Below the pieces are notes generated by a model. It saw only the letters and a program-made list of their open reading frames with translations. It was not told where the DNA came from and did no database searches. A stretch of 64,000 nucleotides of DNA from assembly GCA_017544835.1 (NCBI GenBank), contig JAFYDI010000023.1, positions 32,206 to 96,205 on the forward strand, read 5' to 3'. This DNA comes from Lachnospiraceae bacterium (lineage in GTDB: Bacteria; Bacillota; Clostridia; Lachnospirales; Lachnospiraceae). Positions within the stretch are counted from its first letter, which is position 1; each line of letters begins with the position of its first letter. Made by a program: the position numbers and the translations under genes. Of this stretch, positions 27,637 to 36,929 are shown piece after piece.

Positions 27637-29349
27637 GTGATAAACGCCTTTTCTTTTGCACTTTTTTTGTTTATAATAATTTTTATGAAGAAGAGTGGAA
27701 AAAGGGTTGGGAAAACTACATTCATTATTGTCTCACTTGTGGCAATATCCATGGTGATTCAAAGGATAAGCTGGTCAGGGAAGCTCTTAGACGGTATTAT
27801 GAGTGTCCTCGCCTTCTCCATCATGCTCGGTACGCTTGCGTACTGGGGCATTTCCATTCGTATTCGTGTCGTTGATAAGGTTATAAGAGACAGTCTTTTA
27901 AATATCGATATTCTGCTGGTACTCTGGCTGTATATCCGCATTATCAAATATGATGTCATTCATATTCCGGTAGTTGTCAGGTATTTCTGGTATCTTTATT
28001 ACATTCCCCAGATTTTCAGTATATATTATGCTTTTGTGATTGTGGATCACATGCGTAATGAGAACAAGGTTAAGCACAGACGTCGTTGTATTGTGGCACT
28101 TGCCATTTCGCATCTTTTGTCGGCGCTTGTGCTTACCAATGAGTTTCATCACAAGGTGTTTGACGTTAATCCCGTTACGGGTGCCGATACGCACGAGATA
28201 GGATATTTCGTGGTGGCGGGATGGATAGTATTCGGTTCATTCTTTGCTGTCCTTCTTTTGCCGGGACTCGGTAAGGTCAAGAACCATTTTAGGAAGCTGT
28301 TGTTGCCGCTTGCGTGCGTTACGCTGACCTTGATTTATTGCATATTGTATTTGCTTCCGATTCCTTTTAACGTTAACGATTATCTTGATTTTACCACTGC
28401 CTTTTGTCTTGGAACCGTGGGAACCTGGGAGGCTTTGATTTTCATGGGCATTATTCCCACCAACAGGGACTATGAGTGGTGCTTTAATCATTCTACGGTA
28501 AGAGCCCAGATTGTGGATGTTAAGGGCAATATTCATTATCGCTCGTATGATGCAAGACCCGTGGTTAAGTCGGAATTTGAAGTGTTGAGAAAGACAAGAT
28601 TATATAAGGCCGACCGTGACACGGAGCTTGTTATGGCGCCTATTCGAGGCGGTTTTGTGGTGACGGAGCGTGATGTAAGAGAGATTAACCGTCTTATGAC
28701 GAGGCTTTTTGAGACGCAGAGCTATATCCGCGATGTTACGGATTCCCTGCGCGCAAGCATTGAAATCGAGAAGAGGCAGAAGAACGCGGCCGAGAAGAAC
28801 CGCCTTTACGACCTTACTTTTTCAAGAGTCGAAGAGAAGGTTACGCTTCTTGAAAAAATGGTGGAAGAAGCGGCGGAGCTTTCGGGAGAAGCTTTCTTTA
28901 AGCAGTTATTCTTAATAGACGTAATAGGCGTATTTATAAAGCGTAAGAGCAATCTTATCATTCTTACGCAGACGGGACTTTCCGATTATTCGGGAGAGTT
29001 AAAGCTCTGCTTTAAGGAGACGTTTGACAATTTGAAGGAAGGCGGCGTGGACGGAAGCTTTTTATTCAACGGAGCGGAAGATATGTCCAATACCGCGGCA
29101 TTACTTATATACGAGACGTTAGAAACCGTTGTGGAATCGACGTTATCGGGTGCTACGCTTGTTAATGCGATACTTACCAATTACGGAGGCGACTATTCGC
29201 TTACCGTAAGCGTTGAGAATGAATTAATGGAGCAGAACTTTACCATCGATGAGTCTTTCTTCCCGCGCGCAGTAGTGGTTAATGTGGAGAAGGGCGAAGG
29301 CGATGTGACGGTTTCGGCCCTCATTCACGGAAGGGAGGGGTGGTCATGA
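27637..29349 (+). CDS. polytopic membrane sensor-like protein with degenerate histidine-kinase-like C-terminal domain
   Basis: About 7 TM helices. C-terminal region has HATPase-like character but no conserved phospho-accepting His. Low confidence on family. Confidence 0.4.
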   Translation: MINAFSFALFLFIIIFMKKSGKRVGKTTFIIVSLVAISMVIQRISWSGKLLDGIMSVLAFSIMLGTLAYWGISIRIRVVDKVIRDSLLNIDILLVLWLYIRIIKYDVIHIPVVVRYFWYLYYIPQIFSIYYAFVIVDHMRNENKVKHRRRCIVALAISHLLSALVLTNEFHHKVFDVNPVTGADTHEIGYFVVAGWIVFGSFFAVLLLPGLGKVKNHFRKLLLPLACVTLTLIYCILYLLPIPFNVNDYLDFTTAFCLGTVGTWEALIFMGIIPTNRDYEWCFNHSTVRAQIVDVKGNIHYRSYDARPVVKSEFEVLRKTRLYKADRDTELVMAPIRGGFVVTERDVREINRLMTRLFETQSYIRDVTDSLRASIEIEKRQKNAAEKNRLYDLTFSRVEEKVTLLEKMVEEAAELSGEAFFKQLFLIDVIGVFIKRKSNLIILTQTGLSDYSGELKLCFKETFDNLKEGGVDGSFLFNGAEDMSNTAALLIYETLETVVESTLSGATLVNAILTNYGGDYSLTVSVENELMEQNFTIDESFFPRAVVVNVEKGEGDVTVSALIHGREGWS

Positions 29350-30614
29350 AGCACGAGATAATTATGGCTACCGCTTACTTTACGGTGCTTATGCTGTCTG
29401 CGGCATCTGCCGTAAGATGGCTCAGAATGAGACATTTATTCCCTATGTTCTTTGCGCCCATATTTGTGTGCTTTACGCTATATGAGCTGGTAATCTGCTA
29501 TCAGGTTAAGTTTGGAACCTTTGACAACCTCGACAGGTATACACAGGCCTGGTACAATCTGCCGATTTGGGTCCATGAAGCCATTCTTTTGCTTGAGGAT
29601 ATATTCTGCCTCATTCTGGTGCAAAGAGAGCGGTATGTAAGGCGACATTCGATTAATGTTAACTCGGTTGCGGATGCGCTTAATAACGTGGACTGCGGTC
29701 TTATGTATTCGGAGTGGGACGGTACCATCGTGCTTATCAATCATAAGATGTGGCAGCTTGCGCGAATCTTTTCGGATGCACAGTATTACAATGCGCTTGA
29801 TTTCTGGCGTATGATTATTTCTTTTGACGAAAGCGCAGATGCTAAGAGAATTGACTTTACCTCCTGGCCGGCGTTCCTTCTTAAGGACAATACAGTGTGG
29901 AGCTTTGAACGCTCGATTCTGTCTGATGCGGACAAGCGATACCTTGAGATAGTGGCTCGTGATGTTACGGATCTTTACAATAAACGAGTAAAGGTGGAAG
30001 AGGAGATTAAGGAGCTTTCAAGCGTTCAGGGAAGACTGCAGGAAGTACTAAAGAATATCTCGACCACCGGTAACGATGAGGAGCTTCTTGCCTACAAGGT
30101 ACATATTCATGACAGGCTCGGTAATGCGATACTTCGTACGAGACAGATTTTAAGAGGTAACGTTCAGAACTTTGAAGAGCCGGCAAGAGAAAGTATTCTC
30201 GGACTTTGGACCAATACCATTAAGGCCTTTAAGAATAACCGTCTTGAGGTAGAACAGAACAAAGAAGGAAGTCTTGCCGCACTTTACAGTCAGGCGGAGA
30301 CGCTTGGTATTGAGCTTTTCATGTTCGGAGACTTCCCCGTATACAATGAGGTGGCCATAAGAGCCGTCAGAGAGGCCATGTACAACTCTATAAGACACGC
30401 ATATGCCAATAGCCTTACGGTTGAAAGCTACAAGGAAGACGGGGGCTACAGAGTGCATATTTACGATGACGGTAAGGCACAGTCCGATGCGGTTGTCGAG
30501 GGCGGCGGTCTTAAGTCTATAAGAAGAGGGGTTGAAGAGCAGGGCGGAAGCATGAGAGTTGCGGTGCCCGAAGGCGTAGAGTTATTTATCTTTTTTAAGG
30601 AGGAAGCGAAATGA
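29340..30614 (+). CDS. sensor histidine kinase, NarL/DesK (HisKA_3) type
   Basis: H-box HDRLGNAILRTRQIL. N-box AIRAVREAMYNSIRHAYAN. G-boxes. N-terminal TM helices. Overlaps the upstream gene by 10 nt. Confidence 0.8.
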   Translation: MVMKHEIIMATAYFTVLMLSAASAVRWLRMRHLFPMFFAPIFVCFTLYELVICYQVKFGTFDNLDRYTQAWYNLPIWVHEAILLLEDIFCLILVQRERYVRRHSINVNSVADALNNVDCGLMYSEWDGTIVLINHKMWQLARIFSDAQYYNALDFWRMIISFDESADAKRIDFTSWPAFLLKDNTVWSFERSILSDADKRYLEIVARDVTDLYNKRVKVEEEIKELSSVQGRLQEVLKNISTTGNDEELLAYKVHIHDRLGNAILRTRQILRGNVQNFEEPARESILGLWTNTIKAFKNNRLEVEQNKEGSLAALYSQAETLGIELFMFGDFPVYNEVAIRAVREAMYNSIRHAYANSLTVESYKEDGGYRVHIYDDGKAQSDAVVEGGGLKSIRRGVEEQGGSMRVAVPEGVELFIFFKEEAK

Positions 30615-31234
30615 CAAGAGTGTTGATAGTGGATGACTCTGTTACGGTCAGAACGCTTTTTGAAACGATTATTGAGGGTAGCGAGCAGTATTCTTTGGCA
30701 GGGACCCTTGAGAATGCCAAGGCGGCGCTTCCTTTCTGCATGAGAAGCCCGGTAGACTTGATTCTTATGGATGTATATACCAAGGATCGCGAGAACGGTC
30801 TTGAGGCGGCGCGCGAGATTAAGAAGGAATTCCCGGACATTAAGATAATAATTTCCACAAGTCTTCCGGAGGAATCGTTCCTGGAAAAAGCAAAAGCTGC
30901 AGGCTGTGAGAGCTTCTGGTACAAGGAAGTCGGTGAGTTAGGCTTACTTGATATTATGAATCGTACCATGAGAGGTGAGAGTGTATATCCGGACACTACG
31001 CCGACGGTTTCCGTGGGACTTGCCAAGAGCGTAGAGTTTACACCTATGGAGATGAAGGTACTAAGAGAACTTTGTAACGGTAAGCTTAACAAAGACATAG
31101 CCAAGGAGCTTTGCATGAGTGAGAATACCGTTAAGTTTCACATTAACAATATGCTACAGAAAGCAGGTTATTCCAACAGATACCAGCTGGCAATTGACGC
31201 AGTTGAGCAAAAACTTATCGTTCCCGGTTTTTAA
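30611..31234 (+). CDS. response regulator, REC + LuxR/NarL HTH
   Basis: VLIVDDS...LILMDVYT REC motifs. C-terminal LuxR HTH (KELCMSENTVKFHINNMLQKAG). Confidence 0.85.
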   Translation: MTRVLIVDDSVTVRTLFETIIEGSEQYSLAGTLENAKAALPFCMRSPVDLILMDVYTKDRENGLEAAREIKKEFPDIKIIISTSLPEESFLEKAKAAGCESFWYKEVGELGLLDIMNRTMRGESVYPDTTPTVSVGLAKSVEFTPMEMKVLRELCNGKLNKDIAKELCMSENTVKFHINNMLQKAGYSNRYQLAIDAVEQKLIVPGF

Positions 31235-31278
31235 TTTAAGACTACTCGTTTGGGTGGTAAAAATTTTAGAAATATTTG

Positions 31279-31308
31279 TTAGACTATTGGGAGTGAAAAG
31301 GGTATAAT
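31279..31308 (+). promoter_or_regulatory. promoter TTAGAC-18-TATAAT upstream of SPFH/zinc-ribbon module
   Basis: Read from the sequence: ttagacTATTGGGAGTGAAAAGGGtataat. Confidence 0.45.
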
Positions 31309-31399
31309 TATATTTGGCGGCGGGTGTTAAACACCTCGAGCCTAAGTGTAAGAATCATATGGGCGATAAGCCTTTGTGATATTGAAAGGAGATATTTAT

Positions 31400-32602
31400 A
31401 TGGGATTGATCAGAGCTATTGCCGGAGCAGCCGGCGGTGTTCTTGCAGATCAGTGGAAAGAGTTCTTTTACTGTGAAGCAATGGACAAAAATGTAATGGT
31501 AACAAAGGGTGTAAAGCGTACCAAAGGTAACAACCACGGTGATGACAACATCATTTCAAACGGTTCGGGAATCGCTGTTGCAGACGGTCAGTGTATGATT
31601 ATCGTCGAGCAGGGTAAGATTGTAGAAGTTTGTGCCGAACCCGGCGAATTCACTTATGATACATCAACAGAGCCTTCAATCTTTGCAGGTAAGCTCGGTG
31701 AGAGCATTATCGCTACATTCAAGCAGATCGGTAAGAGATTTACCTACGGCGGAGATACAGGCAAGGATCAGAGAGTATATTATTTCAACACCAAGGAACT
31801 TATTGACAACAAGTTCGGAACCCCCAATCCTGTTCCCTTCAGAGTTGTTGACAATAAGATTGGTCTTGATATCGACGTAGCATTAAGATGCTCGGGTGTA
31901 TACTCATACAAGATTGCGGATCCCCTTCTTTTCTACACCAACGTATGCGGTAACGTATCACACGATTACAGAAGAGAAGAGCTTGATAACACTCTTAAGA
32001 CAGAGTTTATCGCAGCATTGCAGCCCGCTCTTGCAACACTTTCAGCTATGGGCCTTCGTCCCAACGAGATTATCGCTCACAACACAGACCTTGCGGAAGC
32101 TATGAAGAAGCAGCTTTCCGATAAGTGGAGCGAGTTAAGAGGACTTAGCGTTGTAAGCGTAGCTCTCGGTTCCGTAACTCTCCCCGATGAAGATGCGGAA
32201 ATCATCAAGACAGCTCAGAAGAACGCTATCAACATGAATCCCAACATGGCAGCCGCAACACTTGTATCTGCTCAGGCAGACGCTATGAAGGATGCAGCTA
32301 AGAATCCTAACGGCGCAATGAACGGATTTGTAGGTTATGGTATGGCTCAGCAGGCAGGCGGCATTAATGCGGGCAGTCTCTTTGCAATGGGTGGTGGACA
32401 GGCTCCCGCTCAGGGCGGCTGGACTTGCCAGTGCGGAACTGTTAACCAGGGTAACTTCTGTACCAACTGCGGTACCAAGAAGCCTGACGGAGCTCCCACA
32501 TATAAGTGCAACAAGTGCGGATGGGTTCCTTCAGATCCTCACAACCCTCCGAAGTTCTGCCCTCAGTGCGGCGATCCTTTTGATGACGCTGACAAGCAGT
32601 AA
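31400..32602 (+). CDS. SPFH-domain protein with C-terminal zinc ribbons (B. subtilis YdjI-like)
   Basis: MGLIRAIAGAAGGVLADQWKEFF... plus the SPFH core. C-terminal CQCG...CTNCG...CNKCG...CPQCG zinc-ribbon pairs. AGGAG RBS. Track ORF 31376..32602. Confidence 0.6.
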   Translation: MGLIRAIAGAAGGVLADQWKEFFYCEAMDKNVMVTKGVKRTKGNNHGDDNIISNGSGIAVADGQCMIIVEQGKIVEVCAEPGEFTYDTSTEPSIFAGKLGESIIATFKQIGKRFTYGGDTGKDQRVYYFNTKELIDNKFGTPNPVPFRVVDNKIGLDIDVALRCSGVYSYKIADPLLFYTNVCGNVSHDYRREELDNTLKTEFIAALQPALATLSAMGLRPNEIIAHNTDLAEAMKKQLSDKWSELRGLSVVSVALGSVTLPDEDAEIIKTAQKNAINMNPNMAAATLVSAQADAMKDAAKNPNGAMNGFVGYGMAQQAGGINAGSLFAMGGGQAPAQGGWTCQCGTVNQGNFCTNCGTKKPDGAPTYKCNKCGWVPSDPHNPPKFCPQCGDPFDDADKQ

Positions 32603-32677
32603 TTAAGTAGATTATCGGGGTGGTTATTCCACCCCGTTTTCTTTTACAACCAAATGTATAAATAAGGGGGAATATAA

Positions 32678-33766
32678 ATGTCTGATTTGCAGGAGTATAA
32701 GTGTCCGTGTTGTGGCGGCGCTATAGAGTTCAATTCTGACATTCAGAAGATGAAGTGTCCTTTCTGCGAGACCGAATTCGAGATGGATGCTTTGAAATCT
32801 TACGACGAAGCCTTAAAGAGTGAAGGCACCGACGATTTTACGTGGGAAACATCCGCAGGTTCTGAATGGAACGCAGGCGAGACTGATGGTATGAAACACT
32901 ATCAGTGTAAGTCCTGTGGCGGCGAGATTATAGGCGACGCCAATATGGCAGCTACCGAGTGCCCGTACTGCGGCAATCCCATAACAATCATGAATCAGTT
33001 TGCGGGCGGTTTAAAGCCTGACTACGTTATTCCTTTTAAGCTTAACAAAGAAGCTGCAGTGGAGAAGTTCAGAAAGCATTTAAAAGGCAAGAAACTTCTT
33101 CCGAGAACCTTTACCGCAGGCAACCATCTTGAGTCCATTAAGGGCATTTACGTACCTTACTGGCTCTTTGATACAGATGTTGATGCCAACATCAGATACA
33201 AGGCCACCAAGAAGTCTAAATGGGAAGACTCCAAGTACAGATACGAGCGCACCGACTATTTCAGCGTAGTTCGTACCGGTAAGGTAGGCTTTGATAAAGT
33301 TCCCGTTGATGGTTCCACAAAGATGGACGATGCTTTGATGGAATCCTTGGAGCCTTATAAGTTCAAGGAAGCCGTGCCTTTCCAGACTGCATACCTTGCA
33401 GGCTATATGGCAGACAAGTACGATGTGGATGCGGAAACTTCCGTTTCCAGAGCCAATGAACGTGTTAAGGTGGCAACGGAGCGTGCTTTCAAGGAGACTG
33501 TTGAGGGATATGATTCCGTAGATACAGAGAACAGCGCCATTCAGCTTAAGAACGGTGTTGCCAAGTATGCTTTGTACCCTGTTTGGATTCTTAATACGGT
33601 TTGGAACGACCAGAAGTTTGTTTTTGCCATGAATGGTCAGACCGGTAAGTTTGTAGGTAACCTTCCCTGCGACAAGGGACTTATGTGGAAGAACTTCTTC
33701 ATGACAACAGGTATCACATTTGTGATTGCCTTTGGCGTAATGACGTTGTTTGGATTATTAAAGTAG
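32678..33766 (+). CDS. zinc-ribbon protein with C-terminal TM anchor (YdjG-like)
   Basis: Two N-terminal CxxC...CxxC ribbons (CPCCGG...CPFCE; CKSCGG...CPYCGN). C-terminal TM (FMTTGITFVIAFGVMTLFGLL). Confidence 0.55.
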   Translation: MSDLQEYKCPCCGGAIEFNSDIQKMKCPFCETEFEMDALKSYDEALKSEGTDDFTWETSAGSEWNAGETDGMKHYQCKSCGGEIIGDANMAATECPYCGNPITIMNQFAGGLKPDYVIPFKLNKEAAVEKFRKHLKGKKLLPRTFTAGNHLESIKGIYVPYWLFDTDVDANIRYKATKKSKWEDSKYRYERTDYFSVVRTGKVGFDKVPVDGSTKMDDALMESLEPYKFKEAVPFQTAYLAGYMADKYDVDAETSVSRANERVKVATERAFKETVEGYDSVDTENSAIQLKNGVAKYALYPVWILNTVWNDQKFVFAMNGQTGKFVGNLPCDKGLMWKNFFMTTGITFVIAFGVMTLFGLLK

Positions 33767-33772
33767 GGGGGC

Positions 33773-34054
33773 ATGAGTATGAACTTGTTTTTTATTGTGG
33801 CAGAAGCTACTACCGAAGTGGTTAAGCAAGGACCCAACTTCAAGACCATATGCATAGTGTCCTTAATTATTGCTCTTGTGGTTGGACTCTTAAGAATGCT
33901 TAGCCTTAAGGGACAATTGACATCCGTTCACAAGAACGAATCGGCGGTTGACTACACCAGAGACAACAGCTTTAAGTTAGAGACGAAGAGAGACTTATTC
34001 CTTTATTCAAAGGTTGATAAAAAGGAGAAGCCTCAATCCGAAGCAAATAAATAG
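33773..34054 (+). CDS. small membrane protein (93 aa)
   Basis: One TM helix (ICIVSLIIALVVGLLRML). Co-oriented and tightly spaced with the two preceding genes. Confidence 0.45.
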   Translation: MSMNLFFIVAEATTEVVKQGPNFKTICIVSLIIALVVGLLRMLSLKGQLTSVHKNESAVDYTRDNSFKLETKRDLFLYSKVDKKEKPQSEANK

Positions 34055-34071
34055 TTTTGGCCAAAGAAAAA

Positions 34072-34091
34072 GCCCGCAAGCAATTGCGGGC
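34072..34091. terminator. bidirectional terminator (perfect 8-bp stem, GCAA tetraloop)
   Basis: AAAAA-GCCCGCAA-gcaa-TTGCGGGC-TTT. Serves aspS (-) and the small membrane protein gene (+). Confidence 0.7.
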
Positions 34092-34107
34092 TTTACTATG
34101 CATTAAA

Positions 34108-35469
34108 TTAAGGTGTAAGGTGTGAGGGTCCTCTGAATAAGAACATTGCTTCCTTGATGGGAAGACCAAGCATAAGCATTGTAAGACGGTCGATACCAAG
34201 ACCGAATCCGCCGTGAGGAGGACAACCGTACTTAAAGAACTCAAGGTAGAACTTAACGTCCTCGCCAAGACCCTTTTCATCGGCCTGAGCCTTTAAGATT
34301 TCGTATCTGTGTTCACGCTGAGCACCTGTGGTAATCTCTACGCCGCGCCAGATAAGGTCGTAACCCTGGGGAACGCCATGTTCGTCGCGCATGTGGTAGA
34401 AAGCACGCTTCTCGGCGCTGTAATCGGTGATAAATAAGAACTCGTGACCGTAGTGCTTCTTAACCCACTGATAGGAAAGACGCTCTGCATCGGTGGTAAG
34501 ATCGCCTTTCTCGGATTCAGGAACGGTGTAACCGTATTCTTTCTCAAGTGCATCGTAAAGGTCAGCAAGCTTAACACGAGGGAAAGGAGTGGTGGGAACG
34601 ATAATCTCTGCATCGAATTCTTCGGTAGAGAAGAGTTCCTTAATCTTGTCGCCGTATTTATCTTTAACTTTCTGAAGAGCGTAAGTGATGAGGTTCTCCT
34701 CCATGGTCATTACGTCTTCAAAAGAATTGATATAGCTAAACTCAATATCGAAGCAGGTAAACTCGGTAGCGTGCTTGCTGGTGAAAGATTTCTCGGCACG
34801 GAACACGGGACCTACTTCAAAGTACTTCTCAAAGCCTGCGGCCATAGCCATCTGCTTGTAGAACTGAGGGCTCTGTGCAAGGTAAGCGTTGGGAAGATTG
34901 TAGCTGGGGAAGTAATCAAGTCTGAACACATCGGCACCTGACTCGGAAGCTGCAGCTATAAGCTTGGGAGTGTGAACCTCGATAAAGTCTCTGTCGAGTG
35001 CAAACTCTCTTAATGCAGCGGTAAGAGCGGTCTGAGCCTTAAACATGAGCTGATTCTTCTCGGTACGAAGGTCAATCCATCTGTATTCGATACGCTGGTC
35101 GATGGAAGAGCGCTCAACAGCAGCTTTCTTCTTGGTAGCGGGGATGAACTCGCGCGCGATGGGAAGAGCGGCTGCGATAGATTCAATTTCAATAGCGGAA
35201 GGAATAATCTCTACACCGTTAAGCTTAACGAAATCGCTTAACTGAACCTTACCGGTAACACGAACTACAGAGTCGGGAGTGATGGTGCTAAGCATTTCTT
35301 CCCAGTCGGGATGAAGCTCCTTCTCGATGGTAACCTGTACTCTGCCGGTGATATCCTTAAGTACCATGAAGGCCATAGCCTTACCGTCACGGTAATTGTC
35401 TACGAAACCTGCAAGGGAAACTTCGCGGTCAGCGTAGTCTTTAACGTTTTCAATATAAATTCTGTCCAT
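34108..35469 (-). CDS. aspS: aspartate--tRNA ligase, archaeal/eukaryal type (class IIb; possibly non-discriminating)
   Basis: 453 aa. Motif 2 FRAEKSFTSKHATEFTCFDIE. C-terminus GGFGLGIDRLTMLMLGLPIKEAMFLFRGPSHLTP, the ...RLTP end typical of type-2 AspRS rather than AsnRS. Confidence 0.7.
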   Translation of the reverse strand: MDRIYIENVKDYADREVSLAGFVDNYRDGKAMAFMVLKDITGRVQVTIEKELHPDWEEMLSTITPDSVVRVTGKVQLSDFVKLNGVEIIPSAIEIESIAAALPIAREFIPATKKKAAVERSSIDQRIEYRWIDLRTEKNQLMFKAQTALTAALREFALDRDFIEVHTPKLIAAASESGADVFRLDYFPSYNLPNAYLAQSPQFYKQMAMAAGFEKYFEVGPVFRAEKSFTSKHATEFTCFDIEFSYINSFEDVMTMEENLITYALQKVKDKYGDKIKELFSTEEFDAEIIVPTTPFPRVKLADLYDALEKEYGYTVPESEKGDLTTDAERLSYQWVKKHYGHEFLFITDYSAEKRAFYHMRDEHGVPQGYDLIWRGVEITTGAQREHRYEILKAQADEKGLGEDVKFYLEFFKYGCPPHGGFGLGIDRLTMLMLGLPIKEAMFLFRGPSHLTP

Positions 35470-35544
35470 TTAAACACCTCTTGTGATGCAAATTATCTTT
35501 AATAGTTTAGTACCGAGACTATGAAAAGTCAATAAATCGGTAAA

Positions 35545-35576
35545 AGAAAACGGCCCGACTCAAAGCGAATCGGGCT
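35545..35576 (-). terminator. terminator after cytidylate-kinase-like gene (minus strand)
   Basis: GGCCCGA...TCGGGC stem. The T-run on the minus strand appears as the aaaagaaaa run on the plus strand. Confidence 0.45.
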
Positions 35577-35581
35577 CGACT

Positions 35582-36201
35582 TTATTTCTTGAGTCTAACA
35601 TTCATATAAGCGATGATTTCCTCTACACACTTGTCAAATCCAAGCTTAGATGAATCAAGGCACAAATCGTAGTTGCGGGCGTCGGTCCACTCGCGACTGG
35701 TGTGGGTGCGATAGTATTCGGCACGTTCCTTGTCTACGTGTGCGATGTAGCGCTCGAGCTCGGCGGGGTCAAAAGCATGCTTCTTGGCAGCCTGTTCCAT
35801 GAGGAAGTCCTTGGGAGCGTGTACGAAGACGGAGATTACGTCGTCGCGGTCCTTAAGGATGTAGTCGGCTGCACGGCCTATAATGATACAGGACTCCTTG
35901 TCAGCAAGGTCTCTGATAATCTTGGCCTGGTAGTTAAAGAGGTTCTCCTCGGAATTAAAATTCTTGTGAGAGGGCGGAAGAACTTCGCCGCCGTAGTTCT
36001 TTTTCTTAAAACGGTTAAAGAAGCTCTTGCTTCTTTCGTCCGCGCCGGCAAAAGGTCTAAGTTGATACCGCTTTCCTCGCTGGCCTTAATAATTAAGTCT
36101 TTGTCATAATATTCAACGCCAAGCTTCTCAGCAAGCATCTGGCCTACGGTACGACCGCCGGAACCGTACTGGCGGGCGATAGTGATTACGAATTTGTCCA
36201 T
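35582..36201 (-). pseudogene. cytidylate-kinase-like family protein gene split by a frameshift
   Basis: Track ORFs 35878..36201 (MDKFVITIARQYGSGGRTVGQMLAEKLGVEYYDKDL..., P-loop) and 35582..35800 (C-terminal part) are in different frames. The frame switch maps to a short A/T homopolymer near 36050. The interrupted reading frame continues without a stop. Confidence 0.6.
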
Positions 36202-36213
36202 TGTAACTCTCCT

Positions 36214-36924
36214 TTATTCCCCAAGATAAGCTTTTTTGACTTCTTCGTTGTTAAGTAAGCTCTTGGCATCACCGCTTAAGGCAATCTTGCCGGTCTCTAA
36301 GACGTATGCTCTGTCGGCGATGGAAAGGGCTTTCTTGGCATTTTGTTCTACGAGTAAAACTGTGGTGCCGCGTTCACTTTCTGCTTTTATTATATCAAAG
36401 ATTTCATTAACGAAAATAGGGGAGAGACCCATAGAGGGCTCATCCATAAGAATGATTGAAGGGTGGCTCATTAAAGCGCGACCCATTGCAAGCATCTGCT
36501 GTTCGCCGCCGGAAAGTGTGCCTGCGGGCTGATTCTTACGCTCGGCAAGACGGGGGAAGCGGGAGTAGACCATCTCTAAGGTCTCGGCAACTTCCCTTTT
36601 GTCTGTGCGGGTGTAGGCGCCCATCTTTAAATTATCAAGGACAGATAAAGACTGGAACACGCGACGACCTTCGGGAACGTGAGCCATTCCCATGGATACA
36701 ATCTTGTGGCCCGGAGTCTTGGTGATGTCTGTGCCTTCAAATACGATAGAGCCTTCTGAAGGAGCGATAAGACCGCTTACAGTATGAAGAATAGTGGTCT
36801 TGCCGGCACCGTTGGCACCGATTAAAGCGATTACCTCACCTTTGTTGACGGTAAAATCGATGCCCTTTATTGCCTCTATCATTCCGTATTTAACATGTAA
36901 ATTGGATACTTCTAACATTGCCAT
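36214..36924 (-). CDS. livF: branched-chain amino acid ABC transporter ATP-binding protein
   Basis: Walker A GANGAGKTT, LSGGEQQ signature, 236 aa. Confidence 0.85.
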   Translation of the reverse strand: MAMLEVSNLHVKYGMIEAIKGIDFTVNKGEVIALIGANGAGKTTILHTVSGLIAPSEGSIVFEGTDITKTPGHKIVSMGMAHVPEGRRVFQSLSVLDNLKMGAYTRTDKREVAETLEMVYSRFPRLAERKNQPAGTLSGGEQQMLAMGRALMSHPSIILMDEPSMGLSPIFVNEIFDIIKAESERGTTVLLVEQNAKKALSIADRAYVLETGKIALSGDAKSLLNNEEVKKAYLGE

Positions 36925-36929
36925 GACGA

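Noticed and set aside
34444-34941. 165-aa plus-strand ORF inside aspS
   Set aside because: It is antisense to a highly conserved aminoacyl-tRNA synthetase gene, so the open frame is spurious.
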